Origin: Pseudomonadota bacterium
GTDB lineage: Bacteria; Myxococcota; JACRCW01; JAFGSX01
Length of the DNA: 64,000 bases
NCBI GenBank assembly: GCA_043821645.1
Contig: JBDRCO010000087.1
Location: forward strand, 1 to 64,000
Reading direction: 5' to 3'
Part shown: one piece after another, positions 33,292 to 43,600 of the stretch
Numbering within the stretch: position 1 is the stretch's first letter
How the letters are laid out: every line of letters starts with the position of its first letter
Translations under genes and position numbers: made by a program
The notes under the pieces: generated by a model
Databases searched by the model: none
What the model was told of the DNA's origin: nothing
The model's input: the letters and a program-made list of their open reading frames with translations, nothing else

Positions 33292-33306
33292 TGGTGCTAG
33301 TTTTGC
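33292..33306 (+). promoter_or_regulatory. Putative sigma54 -24/-12 promoter
   Basis: TGGTGCTAGTTTTGC (GG-N10-GC with TTGC) inside an AT-rich patch about 180 bp upstream of the giant operon. Confidence 0.5.
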
Positions 33307-33483
33307 CCGCGTTTTGAAGACTGATCACTGCCGACAGGCCAGGACGTCCAGCACCTGGCGACTGGCTCCGCTGACACGGGCGCTGGTGATCGCTCGCCGT
33401 TGTCATTGCGCCGAACACAGGTGCCCCAGGCGAGGGGTCCTGACCTGCCTGGCCGCGCCCCTGCATCTCATCGCTGCCCACGA

Positions 33484-36400
33484 ATGAGGTTCGTCATGAC
33501 CCGTGCCCTGAGAGCAACGCTGCGTCGCCGTGTCATCCGGCAAGCTTCGACCTGCCTATCGCTGGGGCTGCTGCTGGCCTGCCCGCCGACACCGCCGGCC
33601 ACGCCCGACGCAGGCGCGCTGGACGCGTCGCGCATGGACGGCAGCGGTGTGGATTCGAGCGTGCTCGACGTCGCCCCCGGTGACGCGGCTGGGGCGGATG
33701 CCCTGCGCGAGGACGCCTGGACCGACCCCTGTCCCGCGGGAACACTGGGCTGTGCCTGCACGCCCGGCGACAGCTGCGACGACCCCCTGCAGTGTGTGCT
33801 CGACGAGTGCCGCGACTGCGAGCGCGGGGCCCTGGACTGCCGCTGCCTGGACAACAACGCTTGCCTGGTGGGCGCGGTCTGCCGGGCCGACAACGTCTGC
33901 GTGCCCTGCACCCGCGGCAGCGAGGCCTGCTTCTGCCAGGACGACGGCAGCTGCGACGGTGGTCTCGCCTGCCAGCAGGGCGTGTGCGTCATCGAGACCT
34001 GTGTGCCGGGCAGCGAGGGCTGCGCCTGTGACCAGGGGAGCTGCGCCGCCGATCTGTACTGCGGCGGCAGCGGCACCTGCCTGGCCTGCTCGTCCGACGT
34101 CATCGGCTGCGCCTGCGAAGGCAGCGCGTGCAGCAACGGTCTGGTGTGTGACCCGCAGAGCGTGCTGTGCCGCGCGCCCCTGGCCTGCGACGAGCTGAGT
34201 TGCCTGCCGCACCAGCTGTGCGAGCACCGCGCCCACGCCGACGCCGTGTGCGTCGAGGACTGCGAGAGTGGCTACCGCTGGGACAGCGGAACGGGCCAGT
34301 GCGAGATCATCCACAGCAGCTGCGATCCCGGCACCGCGGACAGCATCCTGGACAGTTGCGAGGCCCTGCACATGCACTGTGTGAGCGCGGGCGACCTGGC
34401 GGCCTGCATCGGCTGCCAGGCCGGCTTCGTGCTGGCAGATAGCGCGGACCCGACGGCCGGTTGCCGGGCCGTGGTGGACTGCGACACCCTGGGCTGCGCG
34501 GCCAGCGATCGCAGCTGCGTGCCGGCCACCGACAGCTCGGATGCCCACTGCGGCGACTGCCTGCCACCCCTGGTCGAGGGCGACGCTGGCGGCTGCGTCG
34601 CCAACCCCGCCGCCAACTGCAACGCGGGCAACGATCCCGACTCCATCCTGGCCCAGTGCACCACGGCCCATCGCAACTGCGACGACAGTGGTACGGGCGC
34701 GCGCTGCTCGGACTGCATCTCTCCCTTCGTCGAGAGCCCCTACAGCGGTCTGTGCGAGCGAACCGACGACTGCAGCCGGCTGGGCTGCGACACCTGGCAC
34801 CGCGCCTGCACCGATTTTGCCGACGGGCACTGCACGACCTGCCTGCCCGGCTACGTCGACGCGGGTGGCACCTGTCGCCCGGTGCTCACCTTTGCCGAGG
34901 TCAGCTGCGACGCGGGCACGCAGTTCAAGGTGCACGAGACCTCGACCCAGGACGCCCACTGCATCACCAAGCCCTGTCCCGATGGCCAGGCCTCCAACGG
35001 CGCCACCTGCGTCACCAGCTGTCCGGCCAGCTGCAGCGGGACCGGCAAGACCGGGCGCCTGTGGCCGCACACCCTGCAGAACGGGCGCTGCATCTGCGAG
35101 AGCGCGGACGGCTACTACTTTGACACCACGGCCCTGAGCCAGCAGCCCTGCGACGGTGACGACGACGGCTGGACGCGCCTGGGCGCCCGCTCGGCCCTGC
35201 GCTCCACCGACGCCGAGCTCAAGGCCAACGCCCGCTGCGACCTGCGACAGATCGATCGCTACAAGCTGCTCAACGAGTTCGGTCAGTTCAAGACGGTCGT
35301 CTCGTGCAGCGTTGGCGCAGAGACCTTTCGAGGCCCCTTTGACCCCACCTGCGAGGACGAGACCCTGCCCATTGATCTGTACGAGGTCAACTACCTGGAC
35401 GATGACGAGGCGCTAGCCGTGCAGGGCCCCGACCCGTACGGCATCGGCGCGCGGCGGCTCGGCGCACGCGAGCTCAACAGTCTGACCAAGGCCTGCTCGG
35501 CCCCCAACGACGACTTCAACGGCAACGAGCTGGCGGACGTCGGTGAATGGTCGGGCTCCACCTTCACGTTCACCGACCAGGCCAAGAGGGACGCCCTGAG
35601 CCCCTTCCTGGGCTTCACCTACTTCCTCGAGGTCAACCAGGGCCACTTCGAGGCCTCGCCCTACGGGCCCATTGGCACCTGGGTGGTCGCCGAGCGGCCG
35701 CGCTGCAGCAACGACCTCCCCCTGAAGTACAAGGTCGCCGAGGGGACCTACTGGCAGGGTTGCATGCGCAACCGCGCAGCGCGCTTCGACTCGGAGTCGG
35801 GCGCCTCGCTGGCCGGGCTCGACTTTGCCCGCTACTCCTGCGCGGCGACGACAGGCAGCTGCGACGTCCCCTCCCCCGTCCTGGGCGCGACAGTACCCGG
35901 CGCCGAGCGCGAGCACGACCTGTGCGCGGTCTCGGTGCCCAGCGACGGCTGGCTCGGCATGGACCACCACAGCCAGTTCCAGTGTGTGCAGGTGACGGCG
36001 CAGGCGCCATCGGACCCCGCGGCCACGCCCTACGAACACGCGCTGGGCGATCTGTACAACGGCAGCAGCGGCAACTGGCAGTTCAACCGCTGCGACGCCA
36101 CCAGCAGCACCAGCCAGGGCAACGCCAACGCCAGCGATCCGGGCTTCAGCTGCAGCGCCGTGTATCGCGGCAGCGTGGTCGAGGCCGACGTGGGCTTCGC
36201 GGCCCTGCGCTACCAGAACGACAGCCCGGCCTCGGCCTACCAGGCCGGCTGCCTCAACGAGTGCGCGAGCTGGCTCGACATCTGTCCCGGCTACACCAGC
36301 AACCCGAACACCAACGACGCCTCCTGCCACCCTGACCTCGCCAACTTCGGCGAGATCGTGTGCGGCCACTGCGCGCACGAGGGCCAGAGCTGCGACACCG

Positions 36401-37992
36401 GACAGGCCGGGGTTTGCGCGGCCGGAACCTACGTCTGCACCAACGACGTCGAGAGCTGCGTTCGCAACACCAGCCCGACCACGGGGGATGCGCTGGGAGA
36501 CGGAGTGGACCGCAACTGCGATGGCTTCGACGGCGTCCTGTCGGGTGCCTACGTGTACGTGGCCCCCTCGGGCAACGACTCGAACTCGGGCCTTGCCTAC
36601 GACCGTCCGAAGAAATCGCTGCAGGCCGCCATCGACGCGGCCAACACACAGAACCTCGACGTCATTGCCTACGACGGCACCTACTACCTGACCAGCGGCC
36701 CCGTCACCCTGGGCGCTGGCGTCTCGATGACCGGCGGCTACACAACCTCCAATTGTGCGGCGACCCAGGTGCTGTGCCTGAAGAGCAGCGGCGTGGCCAT
36801 TGTGTTGGTCCCGAATACCACGGCCGTGACCGCCACCAACATCACCTCATCGACGACGATCCAGTATTTCAACTTCGTGGCTCAGGATGCGCAGGGGAAC
36901 ACCGGCAAGCAAGGCAAGAGCTCCTACGGCCTGGTCGCAACCGGGTGCAGCTCCAACCTCCAGTTCACCTCCTGCGCCTTCGTGGCAGGCAAGGGGACGC
37001 CAGGTCTGGCCGGGACAGGCTACCCGGCGGGCAATGCCAACCATGTGGCCCAGGCAGGCTGGGTCGGATCGCAGGGTTTCCCGGGTATCCAGGGTGACGG
37101 TCGTCCCGGCGGCATGGGTGGCATCGCCGTCCCCTGCGAGGTCGGTGGACACACGGGCCAGGGAGGCTGGGGAGGCAACTCGGTCAAGGGTAACAACACC
37201 GGTTACGACGGCAATGTCGGGCTGTCGCCCAGCGGCGCCTTCACCGGGGGCGCCGCGGGTCTGGGCGTCGCGCCCAAGCGCGGCCCCCAGTGCCCGCCCA
37301 CCGGAGCTGCGGGTCAGCCTCCGACGACGCCAGTGGCAGCCGCTAGCTCGGGTGCCCCGGTGGCTGCCTCCTTTGCCTCCACAGGCTACACGCCCAATGT
37401 CGGCGGGAATGGCGCCAACGGGGGCAACGGATCCGGTGGCGGCGGTGGCGGTGGAGGTGGCGGCGGTGACCACAACATCGACTCGAGCGGCGCCTCGGGC
37501 GGTGGCGGCGGCGCGGGAGGCTGCGGCGGCCTCGCTGGCCAGGGCGGCGGTGGCGGTGGCGCCTCGATCGCGGTCTACCTCCACAACGCCTCGCCACGAT
37601 TCACGAACTGCGGATTTCTCGCCTATGGCGGTGCGGCAGGAGGCCATGGGGGTGCAGGCCAGGTCGGTGGCGCCGGCGGTCAGGGCGGCCGCTACAACCT
37701 CGGCACCTGTTACGCAGGCTCAGCCTACGGCGGCGCGGGCGATCAGGACGACGGGTCCATGGGCGGCCAGGGGGGCAACGGAGGCAAGGGAGGGGACGGC
37801 GGCCACGGCGCAGGCGGCGCGGGCGGAGCCACTCTCTGCATCTACAAAGGGGGCAGCTCGGCCCCGAGCCTCTCGCCCGTGCCCGTGCTCGGCACGGATT
37901 GCTACTTGGTGACCGAGGCGGCCAGCGGAGGGACCTCGTCCTCGCCCACCGGTGCGGGCGCCACCGGGCTCAGGCAGGAGGTGTACCCATGA
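33484..37992 (+). CDS. Giant Cys-repeat lipoprotein 1 (about 1500 aa): Cys repeats, unknown central domain, MopE-like motif, DUF1565-like beta-helix, Gly-rich tail
   Basis: Lipobox LLLAC; 5 CxxGxxGCxC units; DGVDRNCDG; YVAPSGNDSNSG...PKKSLQAAI; GGGGGGAGGCGG tracts. Confidence 0.85.
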   Translation: MRFVMTRALRATLRRRVIRQASTCLSLGLLLACPPTPPATPDAGALDASRMDGSGVDSSVLDVAPGDAAGADALREDAWTDPCPAGTLGCACTPGDSCDDPLQCVLDECRDCERGALDCRCLDNNACLVGAVCRADNVCVPCTRGSEACFCQDDGSCDGGLACQQGVCVIETCVPGSEGCACDQGSCAADLYCGGSGTCLACSSDVIGCACEGSACSNGLVCDPQSVLCRAPLACDELSCLPHQLCEHRAHADAVCVEDCESGYRWDSGTGQCEIIHSSCDPGTADSILDSCEALHMHCVSAGDLAACIGCQAGFVLADSADPTAGCRAVVDCDTLGCAASDRSCVPATDSSDAHCGDCLPPLVEGDAGGCVANPAANCNAGNDPDSILAQCTTAHRNCDDSGTGARCSDCISPFVESPYSGLCERTDDCSRLGCDTWHRACTDFADGHCTTCLPGYVDAGGTCRPVLTFAEVSCDAGTQFKVHETSTQDAHCITKPCPDGQASNGATCVTSCPASCSGTGKTGRLWPHTLQNGRCICESADGYYFDTTALSQQPCDGDDDGWTRLGARSALRSTDAELKANARCDLRQIDRYKLLNEFGQFKTVVSCSVGAETFRGPFDPTCEDETLPIDLYEVNYLDDDEALAVQGPDPYGIGARRLGARELNSLTKACSAPNDDFNGNELADVGEWSGSTFTFTDQAKRDALSPFLGFTYFLEVNQGHFEASPYGPIGTWVVAERPRCSNDLPLKYKVAEGTYWQGCMRNRAARFDSESGASLAGLDFARYSCAATTGSCDVPSPVLGATVPGAEREHDLCAVSVPSDGWLGMDHHSQFQCVQVTAQAPSDPAATPYEHALGDLYNGSSGNWQFNRCDATSSTSQGNANASDPGFSCSAVYRGSVVEADVGFAALRYQNDSPASAYQAGCLNECASWLDICPGYTSNPNTNDASCHPDLANFGEIVCGHCAHEGQSCDTGQAGVCAAGTYVCTNDVESCVRNTSPTTGDALGDGVDRNCDGFDGVLSGAYVYVAPSGNDSNSGLAYDRPKKSLQAAIDAANTQNLDVIAYDGTYYLTSGPVTLGAGVSMTGGYTTSNCAATQVLCLKSSGVAIVLVPNTTAVTATNITSSTTIQYFNFVAQDAQGNTGKQGKSSYGLVATGCSSNLQFTSCAFVAGKGTPGLAGTGYPAGNANHVAQAGWVGSQGFPGIQGDGRPGGMGGIAVPCEVGGHTGQGGWGGNSVKGNNTGYDGNVGLSPSGAFTGGAAGLGVAPKRGPQCPPTGAAGQPPTTPVAAASSGAPVAASFASTGYTPNVGGNGANGGNGSGGGGGGGGGGGDHNIDSSGASGGGGGAGGCGGLAGQGGGGGGASIAVYLHNASPRFTNCGFLAYGGAAGGHGGAGQVGGAGGQGGRYNLGTCYAGSAYGGAGDQDDGSMGGQGGNGGKGGDGGHGAGGAGGATLCIYKGGSSAPSLSPVPVLGTDCYLVTEAASGGTSSSPTGAGATGLRQEVYP

Positions 37993-40637
37993 CGCGGACC
38001 AGCACCCGAGACCGGCCGGCCAAGGGCTGTGGGTTCAGACTCGACGCGGACGGGCAACGACGCGCCGCGCTCTGCGGGCCCCTCCTCCTGCTCCTCTCCA
38101 CGGCGTGCCCGGAACCACCGCCAGCCAGCGATGCGAGCGCGGTGGATGCCCGGGTCGCGATCGACGCCGCCAGCGATGGAGGCAGTGTCGATGTGGCAAG
38201 CCAGGACAGCGCCACGCCCGACACCACGGCCCCTGACCAGGGTGTCAACGACAGCGCGATCGCTCCCGAGTGCGAGACCTCGGCAGACTGCGACGGCGAG
38301 ACCGCGACCCAGGGCTACCTGTGCCTGGCCGGGACCTGCACGCGCTGCGCCTCCAACAACCAGTGCGCGACCGACGAGCACTACGGCGACCAGGCACGCT
38401 GTTCGAGCGGCCGCTGCAACAGCTGCCCCGACGGCAACCAGGGATGCCCTTGCCTGCAAAGTGGGGCCTGCGCCGGCGTGCTGCAGTGCGTGTCCGGCAC
38501 CTGCCTGGACTGCGCGCGCGGCAGCGAGGGCTGTCGCTGCTACAGCAACGCCAGCTGCGACGGCACCCTGGTGTGCACGTCCGACGTGTGCGTGCCCTGC
38601 ACGCCGGGCAGCCTCGGCTGCCGCTGCGATGCGGGGGCGTGCCAGGGCGACCTGCAGTGCAGCAACGACCTCTGCGCCCCCCGCGCCTGCCCGGCCGGCC
38701 AGGAGGGCTGCGCCTGCGACGGGACCAGCTGCGACAGCGGTCTGTACTGCACCGGCGCTGGCCTGTGCGCCGTCTGCGTCGACGACGTGGTGGGTTGCCC
38801 CTGCACCGAGGGCACCTGCAGCGGAGGCCTGGCGTGCGACGGCACCAGCACCCTGTGCCGCGAACCCGTGCTGTGCGCGGCGGCCGGCTGCGTGGCGCAC
38901 CAGCGCTGCGACGAGCCGCCGGGCGAGGACGCGGTCTGCCTGCCGGATTGTACGGCCGGCTACTTCTGGGACAGCTCGAGCCAGAGCTGCCAGGTCACCC
39001 GCCCCAACTGCGAGCCCGGCGCCGAGGGCAGCATCCTGGCGGTGTGCCAGGCGCTGTACATGACCTGCGTGGCGTCGAGCAGCGGCGCCACCTGCAGCGG
39101 TTGCGAGGACGGAGCCAAGCCGGTGAGCAGCGACGTCACCGCGGGCTGCCGCCCGGTGTGGACCTGTGCCACGCTGTGCACCGCCACGGGGCGGGACTGC
39201 GTGAGCGAGGCCGTGGATGTGACCGACGCCACCTGCGGCGGATGCTTGCAGGACCTGGTGGCGCTGGACCCGGCCCACGTCGAGACGGGATGCACCGACG
39301 CCATCTACGCCGACCCGGCCGCTGCCCCGGGGGGCAAGGGTGGGCGCTGGGCGCCGCTGGCGAACCTGGCGTCGGCGGTGACGGCGGCGGCCAGCCTCGG
39401 CCTCGACGTCAAGCTGGCCACGGGCACCTTCAACCAGAGCGCGCGCATCGTGCTGCGCGATGACTTGGCCCTGCTCGGCGGCTACGACCCTGCGACCTGG
39501 CAGCGAACCTCCGAGCGCACGCGCGTGGTCACGGCCGACAACGTGGTGTTCCAGCTCAACGCGGTCAACGACGTCACCCTGGAGCAGCTCGATGGCGAGA
39601 GCGCTGGCTCCTGGGGCTCGTCCAACGGTTTTGGTCTGCTCGGCCGCAACGGCAGCAACCTGGTCGTCCGCAACTGCCTGCTGCGCGCGCGCGCCGGCAA
39701 CCCGGGCGCCTCCGGGACCGAGCAACACACTCCCGCGCTGGAAGGCGAAGCAGGGAGCCCGGGTACCCTGGGCTATGGCTCGGCCACCGCGTTCACCCTG
39801 ACGGGTGGCGCCGGTGGCGCCTGCCCGTGCGACGCCAGCCACGGCGGCGGGAGGGGCGGCGAGGGCCGCTGGGGTGACAGCACGACCGGAGGCCCAGGCG
39901 AGCAGGCCCCCGGTAGCAGCGCGACCCCGGGCCTGGGCGTGCCCCCGCTGCTCGGCAACCACAACCCCACACTCGAGTATGTGGGTGGCGACGGCGAGCC
40001 CGGCAGCGAGGGCGCTGCGGGCGCGGCCGTGCCGGGCTTGTTCGACGTCACGTACTACCGCGCGCGCGCCGGTGCCGATGGGCAGCCTGGTACGCCTGGC
40101 TTCGGGGGCTGTGGTGGGGGGGGGGGAGGTGGCGGCGTGGCCTCGAGCCTGCAGGCGGCGGGCAGCAGCGGCGGCGGCGGTGGCGGTGGCGGCTGCGGCG
40201 GTCTCGGCGGCGGTGGCGGGAGCGGCGGCGGCGGCAGCTTCGGCATCTACCTCTTCAACTACAGCTTCGTGATCGAGGACTGCCACGTCATCGCCGGCGA
40301 CGGCGGCGCCGGTGGCGACGGAGCGCCAGGTCAGCCCGGCGCTGTCGGTGGTGCGCCGGGACGCGCGGCCGTGGGCACCAACAACAAGAGCGTGGGCTAC
40401 ACCTCGCAGCAGGGCACGGCGTCCAACGGCGGCCGCGGTGGTTTTGGGGGCGCTGGTGGCGGCGGAGGTCCTGGCGCTGGCGGCGCGGGTGGCCCCAGCA
40501 TCGGCATCGTGATCGGCGGCACGGCCAGCGGCACGGTGCTGCACACAACCGTCGAGATAGGACAGGCCGGTGTGGGTGGCGGGGGTCCGGGAACACCCGG
40601 TCCGGACGGCTTCAGCGCCGAGCAGTACACGCCCTGA
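37989..40637 (+). CDS. Cys-repeat lipoprotein 2 (about 880 aa), paralog of protein 1 lacking the central domain
   Basis: ATGA overlap with gene 1; LLSTAC lipobox; colinear Cys modules; LLGGYD...W beta-helix; Gly-rich tail. Confidence 0.85.
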   Translation: MTRTSTRDRPAKGCGFRLDADGQRRAALCGPLLLLLSTACPEPPPASDASAVDARVAIDAASDGGSVDVASQDSATPDTTAPDQGVNDSAIAPECETSADCDGETATQGYLCLAGTCTRCASNNQCATDEHYGDQARCSSGRCNSCPDGNQGCPCLQSGACAGVLQCVSGTCLDCARGSEGCRCYSNASCDGTLVCTSDVCVPCTPGSLGCRCDAGACQGDLQCSNDLCAPRACPAGQEGCACDGTSCDSGLYCTGAGLCAVCVDDVVGCPCTEGTCSGGLACDGTSTLCREPVLCAAAGCVAHQRCDEPPGEDAVCLPDCTAGYFWDSSSQSCQVTRPNCEPGAEGSILAVCQALYMTCVASSSGATCSGCEDGAKPVSSDVTAGCRPVWTCATLCTATGRDCVSEAVDVTDATCGGCLQDLVALDPAHVETGCTDAIYADPAAAPGGKGGRWAPLANLASAVTAAASLGLDVKLATGTFNQSARIVLRDDLALLGGYDPATWQRTSERTRVVTADNVVFQLNAVNDVTLEQLDGESAGSWGSSNGFGLLGRNGSNLVVRNCLLRARAGNPGASGTEQHTPALEGEAGSPGTLGYGSATAFTLTGGAGGACPCDASHGGGRGGEGRWGDSTTGGPGEQAPGSSATPGLGVPPLLGNHNPTLEYVGGDGEPGSEGAAGAAVPGLFDVTYYRARAGADGQPGTPGFGGCGGGGGGGGVASSLQAAGSSGGGGGGGGCGGLGGGGGSGGGGSFGIYLFNYSFVIEDCHVIAGDGGAGGDGAPGQPGAVGGAPGRAAVGTNNKSVGYTSQQGTASNGGRGGFGGAGGGGGPGAGGAGGPSIGIVIGGTASGTVLHTTVEIGQAGVGGGGPGTPGPDGFSAEQYTP

Positions 40638-40695
40638 CGCACACCACGAGCCCATCACGATGGCAGGGGCGTGGTCCCTTGCTGCGGAGAACACC

Positions 40696-43600
40696 ATGAT
40701 GCGACACACCCTGATCCTGGCCTTGCTGGCGTTGGCGACTCTGCTGCCCGGTGCCTGCGACTGCGGTGGGCCGCCGGCCGAGGACGCGGGGCCTGGCAAG
40801 GACGCGACCGTCGCGGTCGACGCGTCCGGCGCCGACAGCGCCGAGGTCGATGCGGGTGGGGCCGACGCGGTGACGCCGGATGCCACGACCGTCGACGCGG
40901 CGGGTTGCACGGCGGGCCACGAGAGCTGCCGCTGCCTGCCCGGCGCGGCCTGCGCGTCCAGCGAGCTGTATTGCGGCGACGGCGTGTGCCGACGGCCGGC
41001 CTGCCGGGTGGGCGAGCTGGGCTGCGCCTGCGACGTGGACTTCACCTGCGGCCAGTCCGACGACGACAGCTGGTTGCTGTGCGAGGCCGGGCTGTGCCGG
41101 CGCCCGAGCTGTCCCGCAGGTAGCGTGGGCTGCGCCTGCACCAGCAGTCACGGCTGCGACCCCGGGCTGAGCTGCGTCGCCGACGCGCAGGGCGAGCGCT
41201 GCCAAATCGACGACTGCCCGGTGGGCGATCTGGGCTGCGCCTGCTACCGCGAGCGCACCTGCAACCCCGATCCCTCGGGAGTGGCCCTGGCCTGCGATGC
41301 CAACCAGTGCGTGCGCTCGGCCTGCGCGCCGGGCAGCGAGGGCTGCCTGTGCCGCGCGGACTACAGCTGCGGCAGCGGCATGATCTGCCGTGACGGCGCG
41401 CGCTGCGAGGTGCTGCGCTGCACCCCCGGCTCGGCCAGCTGCGAGTGCCTGCCCGGCGGCTACTGCAACAGCCCGACCCTGGTGTGCGAGGCGAGCAGCA
41501 GCCAGTGCGTGGAGCAGGCCTGCGATCCCGGCACCGACGGCTGCAGCTGTCTGTCCGACGGGACCTGCGGCCTCTCCAGCGCGGGCACGGCCCTGGTGTG
41601 CGCGGGCGATCGCTGCGTGGCGCCCTCGTGCACGCCCGGCAGCCTTGGCTGCGCCTGCACCGCCCAGGGCAGCTGCGCCTCGGCCAGCGCGATCTGCACG
41701 GCGGGCTGGTGCATGGCGACCAGCTGCACGGCCGGCGGTACCAACTGCACCTGCGGCGGCTCCGGCACCTGCGACGTCGGCCTGGCCTGTCTCAACGGCG
41801 ACATCTGCGTCGACGACACCGGTTACGTGGGTGGCGTCTGTCTACCCAACGGCAGCTGCCGCGCCGGTGGCCGCTGCGTCAGCGGCCTGTGCGTGCCCTG
41901 CCTGGGTGGCAGCCTGGGCTGCAGCTGCGAGTCGGGCTGGTGCCAGACCGGCCTCGCCTGCCTGGCCGGCGCCTGCGTGTCCCAGCAGTCCCTGGCGCGA
42001 TCGCGGCCTGCCAACCCCCGCTGCTACACACCCTGCAAGGCCGACCTGCTGCGCAGCGACAACACGCTCGCGCGCTGTAGCAGCCAGGGCCTGCTCGACG
42101 GCTGCATCGGTGACAACGTCTGCACCGAGGGCTCGTGCGTGCCCAGGACGGTCTCGCCGTTCTGGAACACGGGCTCGACCGCGGTTCCGTTCTGCGCCTC
42201 CGAGCTGGACTGCCCGGACTTCCAGACCTGCATCGAGGGTCACTGCTACTCGGACTGCGAGCGCGACGGCGACTGCGCCCCCGGCCTGGCCTGCAGTCGC
42301 AAGGTCTGCCGCTCGCCCTGCCTGGCCGGTGGCGACGAGTGCCCGGACGGCATGTACTGCGAGGTCGGCAGCGGCGGCAACGCAGGCTTCTGCAGCGCGC
42401 TCGGGACCACGCTGGATACCGAGACCAGCGTCGAGGGCGGCAGCTTCACCCTGAGCAGCCCCGCCCTCAGCTTCTCGCCCGTGCTGGTCGACGGCGCCTT
42501 CCGCGTGTTCAACCGATCCCACAACATGCGCGAGTTCCACGTGCAGAAGAAGTTCCATGGCCTGTACGACGCCAGCGGCGCCGTGCTGGCCCGGGTGGAC
42601 GAGTTCCGCACCACCTGCGACTGGAGCAACCCCGACCCGGACATCTGCCCCCTGTCCTGGCTCGAGCTGAGCGTGGACAACGGTGCCACCACCACCGACG
42701 GCGATCTGGCCTTCGAGCTCGCCGGCAACTGCCCCGATCTGCCGGCCTGCGGCGACAACGACGTGTGCCCCGCGGGGATGTCCTGCGGCCAGGGTCTGTG
42801 CTTCTGCGACGACGCGAGCTGCGGTGACGCCTGGTCCTGCACCGCCACCGTCCACGTGGGCGCCATCGCCGACCGGCCGGGCACGGCGGCCCGGGTCAGC
42901 GGCGTGCTCGAGATCAACGGCCAGGGACTGGGCGCGCAGCGCGTCAGCCTGAGCTACCGCGAGTCACAGGCCGGGCAGTGGAAGGGCACCATGTACTCGT
43001 TCGCCAACTTCGGCGACCAGAACATGGACCTCTGGCTGCAGAGCGACCGCTCCGACGACACGAAGCTCGAGGGCGTCGAGAACGCCTTCCTCAAGCGCTG
43101 GGTCAATTTCAGGCGCGGCATCAACGGTCTGGTCACCCTGGACGAGTTCGAGGCCATGCTCAACGCAACGCTCACCGAGTCGTGGCGCTGGCCCTCGGTC
43201 AAGCAGGCCTGCCAGCAGCAGTATGCGACCGAGAACTGCTACCTGACCCAGCAGGGCCCGGTGGTGTATTCCAACGACAACATCCGCAACCCCGTGCCCT
43301 CGGGCGTGGTGGACATGCCCTTCGCGGTCAACCTGCGGCCCGATCCCGACAACAACCACGCGCTGACCGGCAAGGTCGAGAGCCGCCTGACCCTGCAGTA
43401 CGCGGGCGGCCCGGGCCTGACGCTGGAGTTTGCCGATGCCCCCGGGACCTGCAGCGCGAACTCGCGGCCCGAGAGCTGCACCAGCGTGGTGCTGGCCATG
43501 CGGAGCCCCAGCCAGAGCGGCAACCAGGGCGTCGACATCCGCGTGGGTGGCCGCTACCTCACCGGCGAGAGCGACGCCACCTGCTCGAGGCGAACCAACT

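Noticed and set aside
36990-40637. Mycobacterial PE-PGRS or collagen assignment for the Gly-rich tails
   Set aside because: No PE domain and no strict Gly-X-Y period; similarity is compositional
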